In this document: piece after piece, positions 20,467 to 29,627 of the stretch
Numbering within the stretch: position 1 is the stretch's first letter
Layout of the letters: every line of letters begins with the position of its first letter
DNA from: Patescibacteria group bacterium
GTDB taxonomy: Bacteria > Patescibacteriota > Patescibacteriia > UBA10025 > JAHIVO01
Assembly: GCA_028718605.1 (NCBI GenBank)
Contig: JAQULM010000003.1
Coordinates: 16,971-80,970, forward strand
Reading direction: 5' to 3'
Length of the DNA: 64,000 bases
Translations under genes and position numbers: made by a program
The notes under the pieces: generated by a model
The model's database searches: none
Told to the model about the DNA's origin: nothing
The model's input: only the letters and a program-made list of their open reading frames with translations

Positions 20467-21270
20467 CTACCGCCAATGCGCATTGATCCACGCGGCAACC
20501 TTGCCCATCTCGCTGTGCGGGAACGCGTGCCCCAGCCCGGGCACGATGTTAAATTCGATGTTGAGCCCCTGGCTCATTTCTTCAGCCAGGCGCCCGTCAT
20601 CCCCGAGCGCCCATGAGTCCTTGCTGCCAATAATGTTATAAATGGGTTTTGCTTTGGCGCCCTCGGATACCGCCTCGCTCGCCATGCAAAACGCGGCCAT
20701 CGGGATCATCCCGTCAACCAAATCGGGCATGGTCAGGCCGGCCGTGCAGCTCATGTACCCGCCGTTTGAAAATCCCGTCGTATACACGCGCTCAACGCCC
20801 TCCGCAGTCCGCACGCCCTGCAGGAACGACGCGATTTTTTCGCCCGTCCAATCCGGAACCGCAGCCAGCAAATATCCGTTCTGGTCAGCGACCCGCGCCC
20901 AATATCGTAAGTAGGTCATGTCCTCGTCCCCTTCTCCTGGCGGCAAAACAAGGACCAGGCGCTTCACGTCCGCCTTCTCGAACGAATCCGGCCGGTACAG
21001 TTCGTACGTACTTTTAACCTCAAGGGTGATTTCCTTCGGCGGCAGTGCGGCAGGGTTCAGGCTGCCCCACGGCGAATACCGGAGCCACGCATACACTGCT
21101 CCGCCGACCAGCATAAGGACGAGCAGGATAAAAATTGCAGCTAGTATTCCTTTCCGCGCTGAACGCCTCTCCGGACTGTTCGGCACCATCATTGAACTGA
21201 TCTCGTCAGGTGTTGGCATTGGTGTGTGGGTTTTTGTAATTGAATGAAAATCCTGATCCCATTTTCCCAC
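20467..21270 (-). CDS. secreted alpha/beta-hydrolase (esterase / PHB-depolymerase-like)
   Basis: N-terminal TM/signal anchor. GFSNGG nucleophile-elbow motif. C-terminal GHAFP. Confidence 0.6.
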   Translation of the reverse strand: MGKWDQDFHSITKTHTPMPTPDEISSMMVPNSPERRSARKGILAAIFILLVLMLVGGAVYAWLRYSPWGSLNPAALPPKEITLEVKSTYELYRPDSFEKADVKRLVLVLPPGEGDEDMTYLRYWARVADQNGYLLAAVPDWTGEKIASFLQGVRTAEGVERVYTTGFSNGGYMSCTAGLTMPDLVDGMIPMAAFCMASEAVSEGAKAKPIYNIIGSKDSWALGDDGRLAEEMSQGLNIEFNIVPGLGHAFPHSEMGKVAAWINAHWR

Positions 21271-21395
21271 TTCCCTGATGAAAAATCAAACCAAAAAACC
21301 CGCCTCAACTCGCGCACTTTTTGGGGGACCTTTACATACATAGATGTACTATGTATAATAGCTTTAGGTACATAATAAACTCATTGGCATGTACT

Positions 21396-21749
21396 ATGGA
21401 AATCAACAAAGACCTGATCGCGGCCTCCTCGACCCCAATTTTGCTGGCTACCCTGGCGAAACAGGAAAACTACGGGTATGCCATCATCAAGCACGTACAG
21501 GAAGCGTCGGCGCAAAAAATGGAATGGACCGACGGCATGCTCTACCCCGTCTTGCATCGGCTCGAGCGGCTCGGGTTCATCGCGGGGACATGGAAAGCGG
21601 CTGAGAGCGGGCGGAAACGCAAATACTACCGGATCACCCCGCGCGGAAAATCCCAGCTGGGCGAGGAGCTGAAACAATGGCAGGCCGTCGACGCGACCAT
21701 CCGCGGCATCTACCCGGCACTGCTCCGATCATTCCATCCTGCATCATAA
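21396..21749 (+). CDS. PadR family transcriptional regulator
   Basis: LLATLAKQENYGYAIIKHV..DGMLYPVLHRLERLGFI..KYYRITPRGK is the PadR winged-helix signature. Confidence 0.8.
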   Translation: MEINKDLIAASSTPILLATLAKQENYGYAIIKHVQEASAQKMEWTDGMLYPVLHRLERLGFIAGTWKAAESGRKRKYYRITPRGKSQLGEELKQWQAVDATIRGIYPALLRSFHPAS

Positions 21750-21762
21750 CTAAAAAAATACT

Positions 21763-23130
21763 ATGCACGAACACACAACCGACCAACTCGAGGAACAGAT
21801 CAGCCAATGGCGGAGTTTTCTCCAGCACCGGCAGGCCATCCATGCCACTGACGTCGCCGAATTGGAGGACCACCTCAGGGAGCAGATCGCCCGGCTGGCT
21901 AAAACGGGCCTGAGCGCTGATGAAGCGTTTCTGGTAGCGGTCAAGCGGCTGGGCAAACTCGACGAGCTGTCGAAAGAGTTCGCCCGGGAACATTCGGATC
22001 GCCTGTGGAAGCAGCTGGTCCTCACCTCCCAGGATACGGACCAGCCGGAACGCCGGAACCATACAGACGTCATCGCCGCATTGGGGTTCGCCCTCGTGGC
22101 GGCCGTGCTGGTAAAACTCCCGTCGTTGTTTGGCCTGGACATTGACCACGATACGGACTTCTACGTACGGAACATCAGCTTTTTCGTGCTCCCGGTTTTG
22201 GCGGCCTACTTCATCTGGAAACGGGGCGCTTCCCGTACGACGCTCATCCCGATGGCCGTCGGCCTGGCCGTCGCCGCGGCGTTCGCGAACATCTATCCGT
22301 TCGTTTCCGGAGGGTCGACCGAAACTCTCGTCGGCCTGCATATTCCGATCGGGCTATGGGTCGCCTTCGGCATGATTTACGCGGGCACGCGCTGGCGCGA
22401 AACAGCCGGCCGGATGGATTTCATACGGTATACCGGCGAACTGTTCATCTATTACGTCCTGATCGCCCTGGGCGGCGGTGTGCTGACCGGATTCATGGCC
22501 GCTATTTTTAATTCCATCGGTTTTGACCTGGAACCGATCGTCGGCACGTGGATCATCCCCTGCGGCGCTGCCGGAGCCGTCATCATTGGGTCGTGGCTGG
22601 TCGAAGCGAAACAGAGCGTCATCGAAAACATGGCGCCCGTCCTGACACGGCTGTTCACTCCCCTGTTCGCGATCGTGCTGGTCGTGTTCCTGGCGACGAT
22701 CGCCCTATCCGGCCATGGGATCGATACCGACCGGGATATCCTGATCGCCTTCGACCTGCTGTTAATCGTAGTGCTCGGCCTGCTCGTATACTCGATATCG
22801 GCCCGGACCCCCCAGGCCCGGCCCGGCGCCTTCGACGTACTGCAGGTGATCCTGCTCTCAAGCGCCCTCGTGGCTGATGCGGTCGCCCTCTGGGCCATCG
22901 TCTCGCGAATTTCCGAGTTCGGCTTCAGTCCGAACCGCGTCGCTGCGCTGGGAGTGAACGTCATCCTGCTGGTGAACCTGCTATGGTCAGTCGTACTGTA
23001 CGTGCGTTTCCTGCGCGGTCGGGCGGTCTTCTCGCAACTGGAACGCTGGCAAACTAATTATTTGCTCGTGTATTTGGCCTGGTCAGCGGTCGTGGTTATT
23101 GTGTTCCCACCGCTGTTCGGGTACAAGTAA
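21763..23130 (+). CDS. PadR-associated polytopic membrane protein
   Basis: 455 aa. Cytoplasmic helical N-domain (~95 aa) followed by about 10 TM helices. Overlaps or abuts the padR stop. Confidence 0.55.
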   Translation: MHEHTTDQLEEQISQWRSFLQHRQAIHATDVAELEDHLREQIARLAKTGLSADEAFLVAVKRLGKLDELSKEFAREHSDRLWKQLVLTSQDTDQPERRNHTDVIAALGFALVAAVLVKLPSLFGLDIDHDTDFYVRNISFFVLPVLAAYFIWKRGASRTTLIPMAVGLAVAAAFANIYPFVSGGSTETLVGLHIPIGLWVAFGMIYAGTRWRETAGRMDFIRYTGELFIYYVLIALGGGVLTGFMAAIFNSIGFDLEPIVGTWIIPCGAAGAVIIGSWLVEAKQSVIENMAPVLTRLFTPLFAIVLVVFLATIALSGHGIDTDRDILIAFDLLLIVVLGLLVYSISARTPQARPGAFDVLQVILLSSALVADAVALWAIVSRISEFGFSPNRVAALGVNVILLVNLLWSVVLYVRFLRGRAVFSQLERWQTNYLLVYLAWSAVVVIVFPPLFGYK

Positions 23131-23174
23131 AAAACCGCCCCCACCCGATACACTACACAGGGGGAGCACAAAAC

Positions 23175-24269
23175 CTAAGCGAGAATATACGCGGAAGCGG
23201 GACCCTTGCCAACTTGTTTGATTGTCCCCAGTTGCTTCAAACGCTGCAAGTGTAGCTGCGCGGTTCGCCTTGGGCAGCGCAGAATATCCACGACATCCTT
23301 CACGGTAATGCGCTGGTTCGTGTCTAAAAAATCCAAGATAGAAAGCTGATCATGGCCGAGGTATTGCTGCTGGCGCCCCTTGGTATCCACTTTTCGCACT
23401 GCCAGGTTTTGGACCAACCGCTGCACATTTTGAATTTCCACGGCAAATCCATTAACGAAGTACTCCAGCCACGGCGTCAGCTCCACCCGCCGTTCATCAT
23501 AGGTGGCGCCGGTATTGATGGCCGCATAGTACGCTGGCCGGTTCGTATTGTAGAAGTCCTCAAGCACGAAAAGCTTCCGAAAGTCGTATCCCCGCTGGTA
23601 GAGCACGAGGGTAGCGATCGCCCGAGCTGTACGGCCATTACCGTCGGCAAAGGGGTGGATGGCGGCGATTTCTTGGTGGATAATTCCCGCGGTAATGACT
23701 GGGTGTACCTCCGCATGGCTTGCCTGTCCAACCCATGCCAAAAGGTCTTGGACCAAACCTCGTACTCGCTTGGCATCGGGTGCGGTGTACATAACCTGCG
23801 GCGGGCTACCAACGCGACGGCGAATGACGTATACAGGCCGAGTTCGGTACTTGCCGCTCTGCTTTCCTGGCAGTGTATTTGCAGTAACCAGTGCATGGAT
23901 ACGGAGAAAAACCTTCTCTGTCAGGGGACGCTTTATGGCAACCACCTGCTCAATGTACCGCATCGCCTGCAAGTAATTTTCTACTTCGTGAATATCACGC
24001 TCCGGCGCATCCACCGTACGGCGTATTGACAGTGCTTCTACCTGCTGCAGGTTGAGCATGTTACCCTCGATGGCCGTAGAGCTATGGGTCATGCGAATGC
24101 GGGCCTGCCGACGCAGGCGGAGCTCTTGGCGCGGTAAAATTTTGGCACGCGTAATCACTGACCGAGCTTCGGCAATTACCGTAAGCTTTCGGACAATGCT
24201 GTTGGTGAGTGTGTACTTCGGCTTGAACATAGGCACGTACAGTATACCACCATACGAATAATCGCGCAA
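23175..24269 (-). CDS. Fic/DOC family protein (AMPylation-type) with C-terminal winged-helix
   Basis: Canonical Fic motif HPFADGNGRTAR. Fic_N-like TAIEGN motif. C-terminal HTH-like region. Confidence 0.85.
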   Translation of the reverse strand: MRDYSYGGILYVPMFKPKYTLTNSIVRKLTVIAEARSVITRAKILPRQELRLRRQARIRMTHSSTAIEGNMLNLQQVEALSIRRTVDAPERDIHEVENYLQAMRYIEQVVAIKRPLTEKVFLRIHALVTANTLPGKQSGKYRTRPVYVIRRRVGSPPQVMYTAPDAKRVRGLVQDLLAWVGQASHAEVHPVITAGIIHQEIAAIHPFADGNGRTARAIATLVLYQRGYDFRKLFVLEDFYNTNRPAYYAAINTGATYDERRVELTPWLEYFVNGFAVEIQNVQRLVQNLAVRKVDTKGRQQQYLGHDQLSILDFLDTNQRITVKDVVDILRCPRRTAQLHLQRLKQLGTIKQVGKGPASAYILA

Positions 24270-24420
24270 GAATCGCGCATCTATCGCGCAATGATTATCC
24301 CCCGCCCCCTCCCCATCCCCTTCTTCCTCCTTCTAACTTCCAAACCTACTTCATACTACCTCCAACCCACTTCTGTACTGAAGCACCCGCCGGCACAGTA
24401 CGCTTTCTCAACATTCTGGC

Positions 24421-24786
24421 TTATTGTTTTTTGAACTGCAGGGAAATGGAATTAACGCAGTAGCGGGTATCCTTCTCAGTCATCCGCTCGCCGGTAAAGA
24501 CGTGCCCGAGGTGCGCCCCGCAGCGCTCGCAGGTGATCTCCGTGCGCACGCCGTCGGCGTCCGGCACGCGCTTGACCGCGCCAGACACCGCATCGTCAAA
24601 GCTCGGCCACCCGCACCCGGCGTCGAACTTGTCATCTGACCTGAAGAGCTCGGCTCCGCACCGCTTGCAGACGTACGTCCCCCGCTCGAAAAATTGGTCA
24701 TACTGCCCGGAATAGGGAGCTTCCGTACCCTTGCGCACGATCACCGCTTCCTCTTCCCTGGTCAATTGATTAAATTTTTTCTGCAT
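24421..24786 (-). CDS. msrB: peptide-methionine (R)-S-oxide reductase MsrB
   Basis: CxxC...CxxC zinc site and catalytic CGWPSF...RTEITCERCGAHLGHVF. Confidence 0.85.
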   Translation of the reverse strand: MQKKFNQLTREEEAVIVRKGTEAPYSGQYDQFFERGTYVCKRCGAELFRSDDKFDAGCGWPSFDDAVSGAVKRVPDADGVRTEITCERCGAHLGHVFTGERMTEKDTRYCVNSISLQFKKQ

Positions 24787-24999
24787 GCCTGAAGTATACC
24801 GTCCGTATCCGCCACTGGCAAAACGTGTAATTACAAAAAACCGCCTCGAAAAGCGACGGCATTCTTCCTCCCTGCCCGCTTCGCCCATGCGAAGCACCCG
24901 CCTGAATCGCCGTTTCGGCGGGCAGGTGGCGGGCGGGCCTGAAATCGGCATTATACCCTTCTTTAAGTATTTTTTTTTACTATACTACTATTCAATTAT

Positions 25000-25830
25000 T
25001 TAATTATGTCTCGGAAATAACCCCCTCCAACTACGATTACTGACATGAAAAATTGGTAGTGAATTATTTGGACAATTATGCTGAAACACAACCATAAGTC
25101 CGCAATTTCCATGCCCAGCAGGTTCTTTACTATTTGCCTTTTTACAATAGTTTCTCAATCGATCTTTTTCAGAACCGGTAAAATGTTGACATTCATTTGA
25201 AAAAAAATTATCTGAATCATTTAGCTCATGACCTGATATTACAACTAACTCAGTCTCGGAATTAATTCGCTCACGTGCCTGTCGAGTTGAAGCAGTGACA
25301 CACAAATAACATCTACCAACACCAGTAACTAACATGGAAGTTGTTTTACCCCAGGCATCACAAACTTGATCCCCACTTCCGCAAAAATCATCGACAAATA
25401 CTATAGTATCCTCCGGTCCAAGTTTCTGTCCAATAATTTGACTAAGAGGAATAAACCACTCTTTATATTTTTTACTTTCGAGATTATTTGCTCTTCTAAA
25501 TTGATAAAGCATACTATCTCCACTCTCACCAGCACTTCCTGTTGAGTATGCAACAAATCGCCAACGTCCCGTAAGTTTCGAATGATCGTCATTCCATCCT
25601 GAAATTGATCTCAAGCATTGTTGATAAAGAGAATTTATCCGTTCCATGCTATAAAATTCCACTACATCTAGAGTACGCGCTGCTAAATCTTTATCTCGCG
25701 CTCGAAATTGATTAATCCAGTTATCGATTGAATATCGATCAATACTTGATCTATAAAGGCGAAATTGAGATAACCATGTATCTATTCGCCTTGAATCAAT
25801 TTGGGTATTTTGTTGATTGGGACTTTTCAC
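25000..25830 (-). CDS. hypothetical protein with PRTase-like (phosphoribosyltransferase type I) motif
   Basis: 276 aa. TIVFVDDFCGSGDQV matches the PRPP-binding loop pattern (hydrophobic-DD-x-x-SG). It overlaps the upstream gene by 4 nt. Confidence 0.45.
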   Translation of the reverse strand: MKSPNQQNTQIDSRRIDTWLSQFRLYRSSIDRYSIDNWINQFRARDKDLAARTLDVVEFYSMERINSLYQQCLRSISGWNDDHSKLTGRWRFVAYSTGSAGESGDSMLYQFRRANNLESKKYKEWFIPLSQIIGQKLGPEDTIVFVDDFCGSGDQVCDAWGKTTSMLVTGVGRCYLCVTASTRQARERINSETELVVISGHELNDSDNFFSNECQHFTGSEKDRLRNYCKKANSKEPAGHGNCGLMVVFQHNCPNNSLPIFHVSNRSWRGLFPRHN

Positions 25831-26804
25831 AATTCATTTCCTCGCCCTAACTTTTTTAACACATCACGTATAATAATTGAGAGTTTTTCTAGTTTTTCCC
25901 ACAACTTGTTCTGACCATAATATTGTTCCGTATCGATATTTTTCAAGCGAACTAATAATTTATCAACGTCTTGAGTTAATTTAGTAGCGTTCGATGCCGT
26001 TCTTGCTGATTCAATATTTAAATAATCTGGCGTCAAGCTAGGTTCGTCGGTAAATTCCTTGAATAATTTTGAAATTTCCTTCTTCTTTTTTGCCTTAACT
26101 GCATTATTAATATATTGCTTTACAATACGAAAATCTGTTATTGATTTAATACCTTTCACCTCGTACTTCTTAAGCATGGCAACCGTAACATGATCGTGAA
26201 GTTGTCTCTTTTTAAACCATGGGAAACTATTTACATTTCGATCATGCAATATTGGGTATAGCTCGATAAAAAAATCTGAATTTATACGTTTTTTTGGATC
26301 AGGATCAAGCATTAAGTCTTGAAATTTTCTCGGGAACGAAAGCAACTTCATGCACCTACTAATAAGCGACTCATTTAAACTTGTTAACACTGAAAGTCGG
26401 TGAACATTTTTATCTTTTACTTCGTTAATTAATAACTCCAGTTTTAGAGCTGTCGGCATTAGTTCCCAATCCATTCGTAACTTATGAATTTGGAACATCG
26501 TAATAATATTCCATACAAGTGTTGGTTCTGCCACTTCATTTGCTGGAATCGAATCGAGATTTAGCTCTTTTGCACATGTCCACCTTCTTTGACCATCCAG
26601 AATAGTAAAATCTCCGGTTTTTGAATCTTTATACACAGTGAGCGGCACAAGTATACCAACTTTCTTAATCGAATCTCGTAAAACTTTCATATCTTCCTCG
26701 TCGAAAAGTAGTCGAGGATTATGCGGATTCGGCTTTAAGTTTTTTGTCGGAATATTCTGAAGTCCAATTACTTGAGTGGAATTTTTTTGCTCAATGACAC
26801 TCAT
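25827..26804 (-). CDS. ParB/Srx-superfamily (DGQ[QH]R / DUF262-like) N-terminal domain protein
   Basis: KPNPHNPR and FTILDGQRRWTCAKELNL resemble the ParB nuclease-domain core (hP.NPR ... GERRwRAA) and the DGQQR/DGQHR motif of DndB/DUF262 proteins. Helical C-terminal half. Confidence 0.6.
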   Translation of the reverse strand: MSVIEQKNSTQVIGLQNIPTKNLKPNPHNPRLLFDEEDMKVLRDSIKKVGILVPLTVYKDSKTGDFTILDGQRRWTCAKELNLDSIPANEVAEPTLVWNIITMFQIHKLRMDWELMPTALKLELLINEVKDKNVHRLSVLTSLNESLISRCMKLLSFPRKFQDLMLDPDPKKRINSDFFIELYPILHDRNVNSFPWFKKRQLHDHVTVAMLKKYEVKGIKSITDFRIVKQYINNAVKAKKKKEISKLFKEFTDEPSLTPDYLNIESARTASNATKLTQDVDKLLVRLKNIDTEQYYGQNKLWEKLEKLSIIIRDVLKKLGRGNEL

Positions 26805-26815
26805 ATTTTTTTATC

Positions 26816-27625
26816 TTAAACATTTTTAAGCGGCATATTACTAATTAACAATTCATAAGCATTCTTTCTATACCTGCCAAAACCTGCCACATTACGTCGA
26901 ACTGGCAAGCGAATAAAATTCCACATCTTTGATATGTGCCTTGCTTCTAATGAATCAGCGTACGATACAATAAAATCAGCCCCAATTTTTTTTAAAGCGA
27001 GCAGTCTTTTTGAAAAACGGGGAATATCCGATATATTAAATAAGGTATGCCCGTATTCTTTAAAGATTCGACGCGAAGTCACTGCAAAGGGGGGGTCTAA
27101 GTATACAAAATCACCCATTCTAACTAAATCGAGTGTTTTTTCAAAATCACCATTTATTAGAGCAGCTTTACGTAAATTCTTTGCACTATTTATAAATTCA
27201 ACCTTAGCACCGTATTCTCCCGGTGCGTCGCCAAAAGGTACATTAAAATTCCCAGAGGTATTGGTACGATAGATTCCATTAAAACAATTACGATTCAAAT
27301 ACAAAAAACGTACAGCCCTCGTCTTTTTATCAAGTATATTTTCATCTAATTCATCTCTCCATTTATAATAAGTTGTTTTGTCACGCTTTAGCAATTTTAG
27401 TCGACGATATATTTCCTCCGGGTCGTTTCGGATAACCTTATAAAAATTAATTAATGACGCATTATTATCACCCAATATTGCCTCGTTGGGATTGATTTCA
27501 AAAAAAAGACATGCTGATCCTGCAAATGGTTCAACGTAACGGTTATGACGTGGCTGCCAATATAACTTAAGTCGACTAACTTGTTTTCGCTTGCTCCCAG
27601 CCCATCGTAATAAAGGTTTATTCAT
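26816..27625 (-). CDS. Dam-like (D12 class) N6-adenine DNA methyltransferase
   Basis: LRWAGSKRK, EPFAGSA and DPPF motifs in D12-class order. AGGAG RBS. Confidence 0.8.
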   Translation of the reverse strand: MNKPLLRWAGSKRKQVSRLKLYWQPRHNRYVEPFAGSACLFFEINPNEAILGDNNASLINFYKVIRNDPEEIYRRLKLLKRDKTTYYKWRDELDENILDKKTRAVRFLYLNRNCFNGIYRTNTSGNFNVPFGDAPGEYGAKVEFINSAKNLRKAALINGDFEKTLDLVRMGDFVYLDPPFAVTSRRIFKEYGHTLFNISDIPRFSKRLLALKKIGADFIVSYADSLEARHISKMWNFIRLPVRRNVAGFGRYRKNAYELLISNMPLKNV

Positions 27626-27666
27626 ATCCCCATTCTCCTCTTATTTCCCAAAAAAATCAACCACAC

Positions 27667-28782
27667 CTACCGCACCCCAAACAACCTCCCTAGTACCGAT
27701 ATCCTCCGTAGAATGAATTCATAGGCCAGGGCGACTCCGGCATACGACGCAATGGTTATTACCAGAAATTTCAGCCACACAGCCGCATCCCACTGGATCA
27801 CGTAATAGCCGACGCTGATGACAATGGGCAAATGGATGATGTACGCGGGGTACGACGCCGGCCCGAGGTACCTGACCGCGCGGGTCGGACGGTTGAGGAA
27901 GGCGTGGCCGAGGGCGAGGAAAGCCAGGATGGCTGTCCAGGCATACATGTCGTGCAATAAGTCAAAGGCGATCGTGCCCAGGGTGAATCCTCCCTGCCGC
28001 TCTCCCCAAGCCTGCAGCATGGTGTACACAACACCGAGAATCAACGCGAACGCAAGCAGGAAATACTTCTGGCGGTCGACGCGCTCCTGGAGCCGCTGGT
28101 CGGTCATCCAGATAAACCCAAAAAGCAGCAGGAGGAAGAAGCTCGCGGCGCTGCGGTCAACCACGTCGGGCACGCCGTCGAAGAGGAGGAGGAAAAACGG
28201 CACGATGAACAGCGCGCCTGGTTTAGCGAGGACCGTTGTTACCCGGGAGAGCAGCCGTGCGCCCCGCTCGCTCTTGAACCACATAAAAATCGGCAGAGCG
28301 ATAAGGGAGAGGACCAGGAGGAACAGGACGAACCATAGGTGGCCGGGTGAAAAGTGGCCGGCGTATCCCGTGTAGTCGCCGCCGTCCAGCGAAAAAAACG
28401 TAGGGTAGTAGCGCCAGAATGAAATGCGCTCACCGGTGGCAAACCGGTAGCCGTAGTACCCCATCACGGGGATGACCGTCGCTATTGCCACGACCAACGG
28501 CACGAGCAGGCGCAGCACGCGCCGGGCGATAAACTGCCGCCACGTATGCCGGCGCAGCATAAACCAGGCCGAAGCGCCGGCGACGAAGAAGAGGAGCTGC
28601 ATCCCCCACGCCCCCACGAAATCCGTGAACTGGGCGAGGAACACGCTGGACGCGCCGTTCTTCAGGAAGAACTCTCCGCCGACGTCGAACATGACCGCGG
28701 CGTGGAACGGGACAAGCATGGCAATCACTCCGACGCGAAGCCAGTCGAGATCATAGCGCCGGATGTTTTCTTGGGTATTCAT
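27667..28782 (-). CDS. acyltransferase 3 family membrane protein (OatA/OpgC-like)
   Basis: 371 aa, about 10 TM helices. N-terminal DLDWLRVGVIAMLVPFHAAVMF is typical of Acyl_transf_3. Confidence 0.7.
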   Translation of the reverse strand: MNTQENIRRYDLDWLRVGVIAMLVPFHAAVMFDVGGEFFLKNGASSVFLAQFTDFVGAWGMQLLFFVAGASAWFMLRRHTWRQFIARRVLRLLVPLVVAIATVIPVMGYYGYRFATGERISFWRYYPTFFSLDGGDYTGYAGHFSPGHLWFVLFLLVLSLIALPIFMWFKSERGARLLSRVTTVLAKPGALFIVPFFLLLFDGVPDVVDRSAASFFLLLLFGFIWMTDQRLQERVDRQKYFLLAFALILGVVYTMLQAWGERQGGFTLGTIAFDLLHDMYAWTAILAFLALGHAFLNRPTRAVRYLGPASYPAYIIHLPIVISVGYYVIQWDAAVWLKFLVITIASYAGVALAYEFILRRISVLGRLFGVR

Positions 28783-29085
28783 TACGTAATTTTTTCACTT
28801 TTTTACGTAAAAATCAACTCCCCACATTAACGTTTGTGTGGGAGCAGGCCCGCCCTCCTCCGCGCATCTCTTCTTCGTCCCCGCTCCCAGATTTACGCCC
28901 ATATAAAAAATGTTACGGAAATTGAGTGAGGAGGAATGCCCACCTCTAGGCGGACGCGGCATCTTGTTTGAGCGAACGCAGCGAAGCCCTGCCGGTGTAG
29001 GCGAAGCGAGGAGCGAGTTATGCCACGGAATGACGACGAGCCAATTTCTGTTAATTTTTTATCCTGGGCGGCACTTCTTTTCTGT

Positions 29086-29113
29086 CCACTTTTCTTTGTG
29101 CAAAGAAAAGTGG
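29086..29113. repeat. 28-bp palindrome ccacttttctttg tg caaagaaaagtgg
   Basis: Related to the 20369..20396 palindrome (shared CCRCTTTTCTT...AAGAAAAGYGG arms). A further palindrome gccatacgtatggc lies nearby at about 29167. Confidence 0.55.
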
Positions 29114-29274
29114 AGGGAAGTGAAGAGGCTAACCCCTCCACCTATCTTCCCCTGCCCGCCGCGCATATGCCATACGTATGGCGCAGGGGGCGTTTACCGA
29201 AAGGTACCCGCTACTTTTTTTCTATTTGCTTCGTGTCCGGCCCGGATACGCGAGGCCGCGTTTGGCGCATAAAA

Positions 29275-29622
29275 CTAATGCGGAAACAGTACTTCGCCTC
29301 CCGCAAACAGCACCCAGAAACCGCCGATTACGCACAGGATAATAAAAACGACGAGGTTCCAGGTACTCCTGTCTTTTATTTTGAAAATCGCCCGAATGTT
29401 GAGATACAGCGCAATAACAAAGAGGATGATTTCCAACACTACCATTGGAATGCTGCTCGAGCGCATCTGCAGAATGCCGCGGAAAATGCGGCCAGCAGGG
29501 ATCAGCAGCACGCCCCAGGCAATGGCGATGATCCCAAAGGTTAATGCCATCTTCCCCTCTTTTGTCCGAGGCATTGATTCTCTCGCGGGTTTTAACTGTT
29601 CCTGATTGTTTGGATTTTCCAT
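29275..29622 (-). CDS. small membrane protein
   Basis: 115 aa with 3 TM helices. Confidence 0.4.
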   Translation of the reverse strand: MENPNNQEQLKPARESMPRTKEGKMALTFGIIAIAWGVLLIPAGRIFRGILQMRSSSIPMVVLEIILFVIALYLNIRAIFKIKDRSTWNLVVFIILCVIGGFWVLFAGGEVLFPH

Positions 29623-29627
29623 ATTTT

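Larger units (their letters stand above)
24990..27640. other. low-GC (~35-45%) horizontally acquired island carrying a three-gene MTase/ParB-like/PRTase-like operon
   Basis: Sampled 60-nt blocks inside give 35-45% GC, against about 55-60% in the flanking genes. Composition changes sharply at both edges. Confidence 0.6.
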
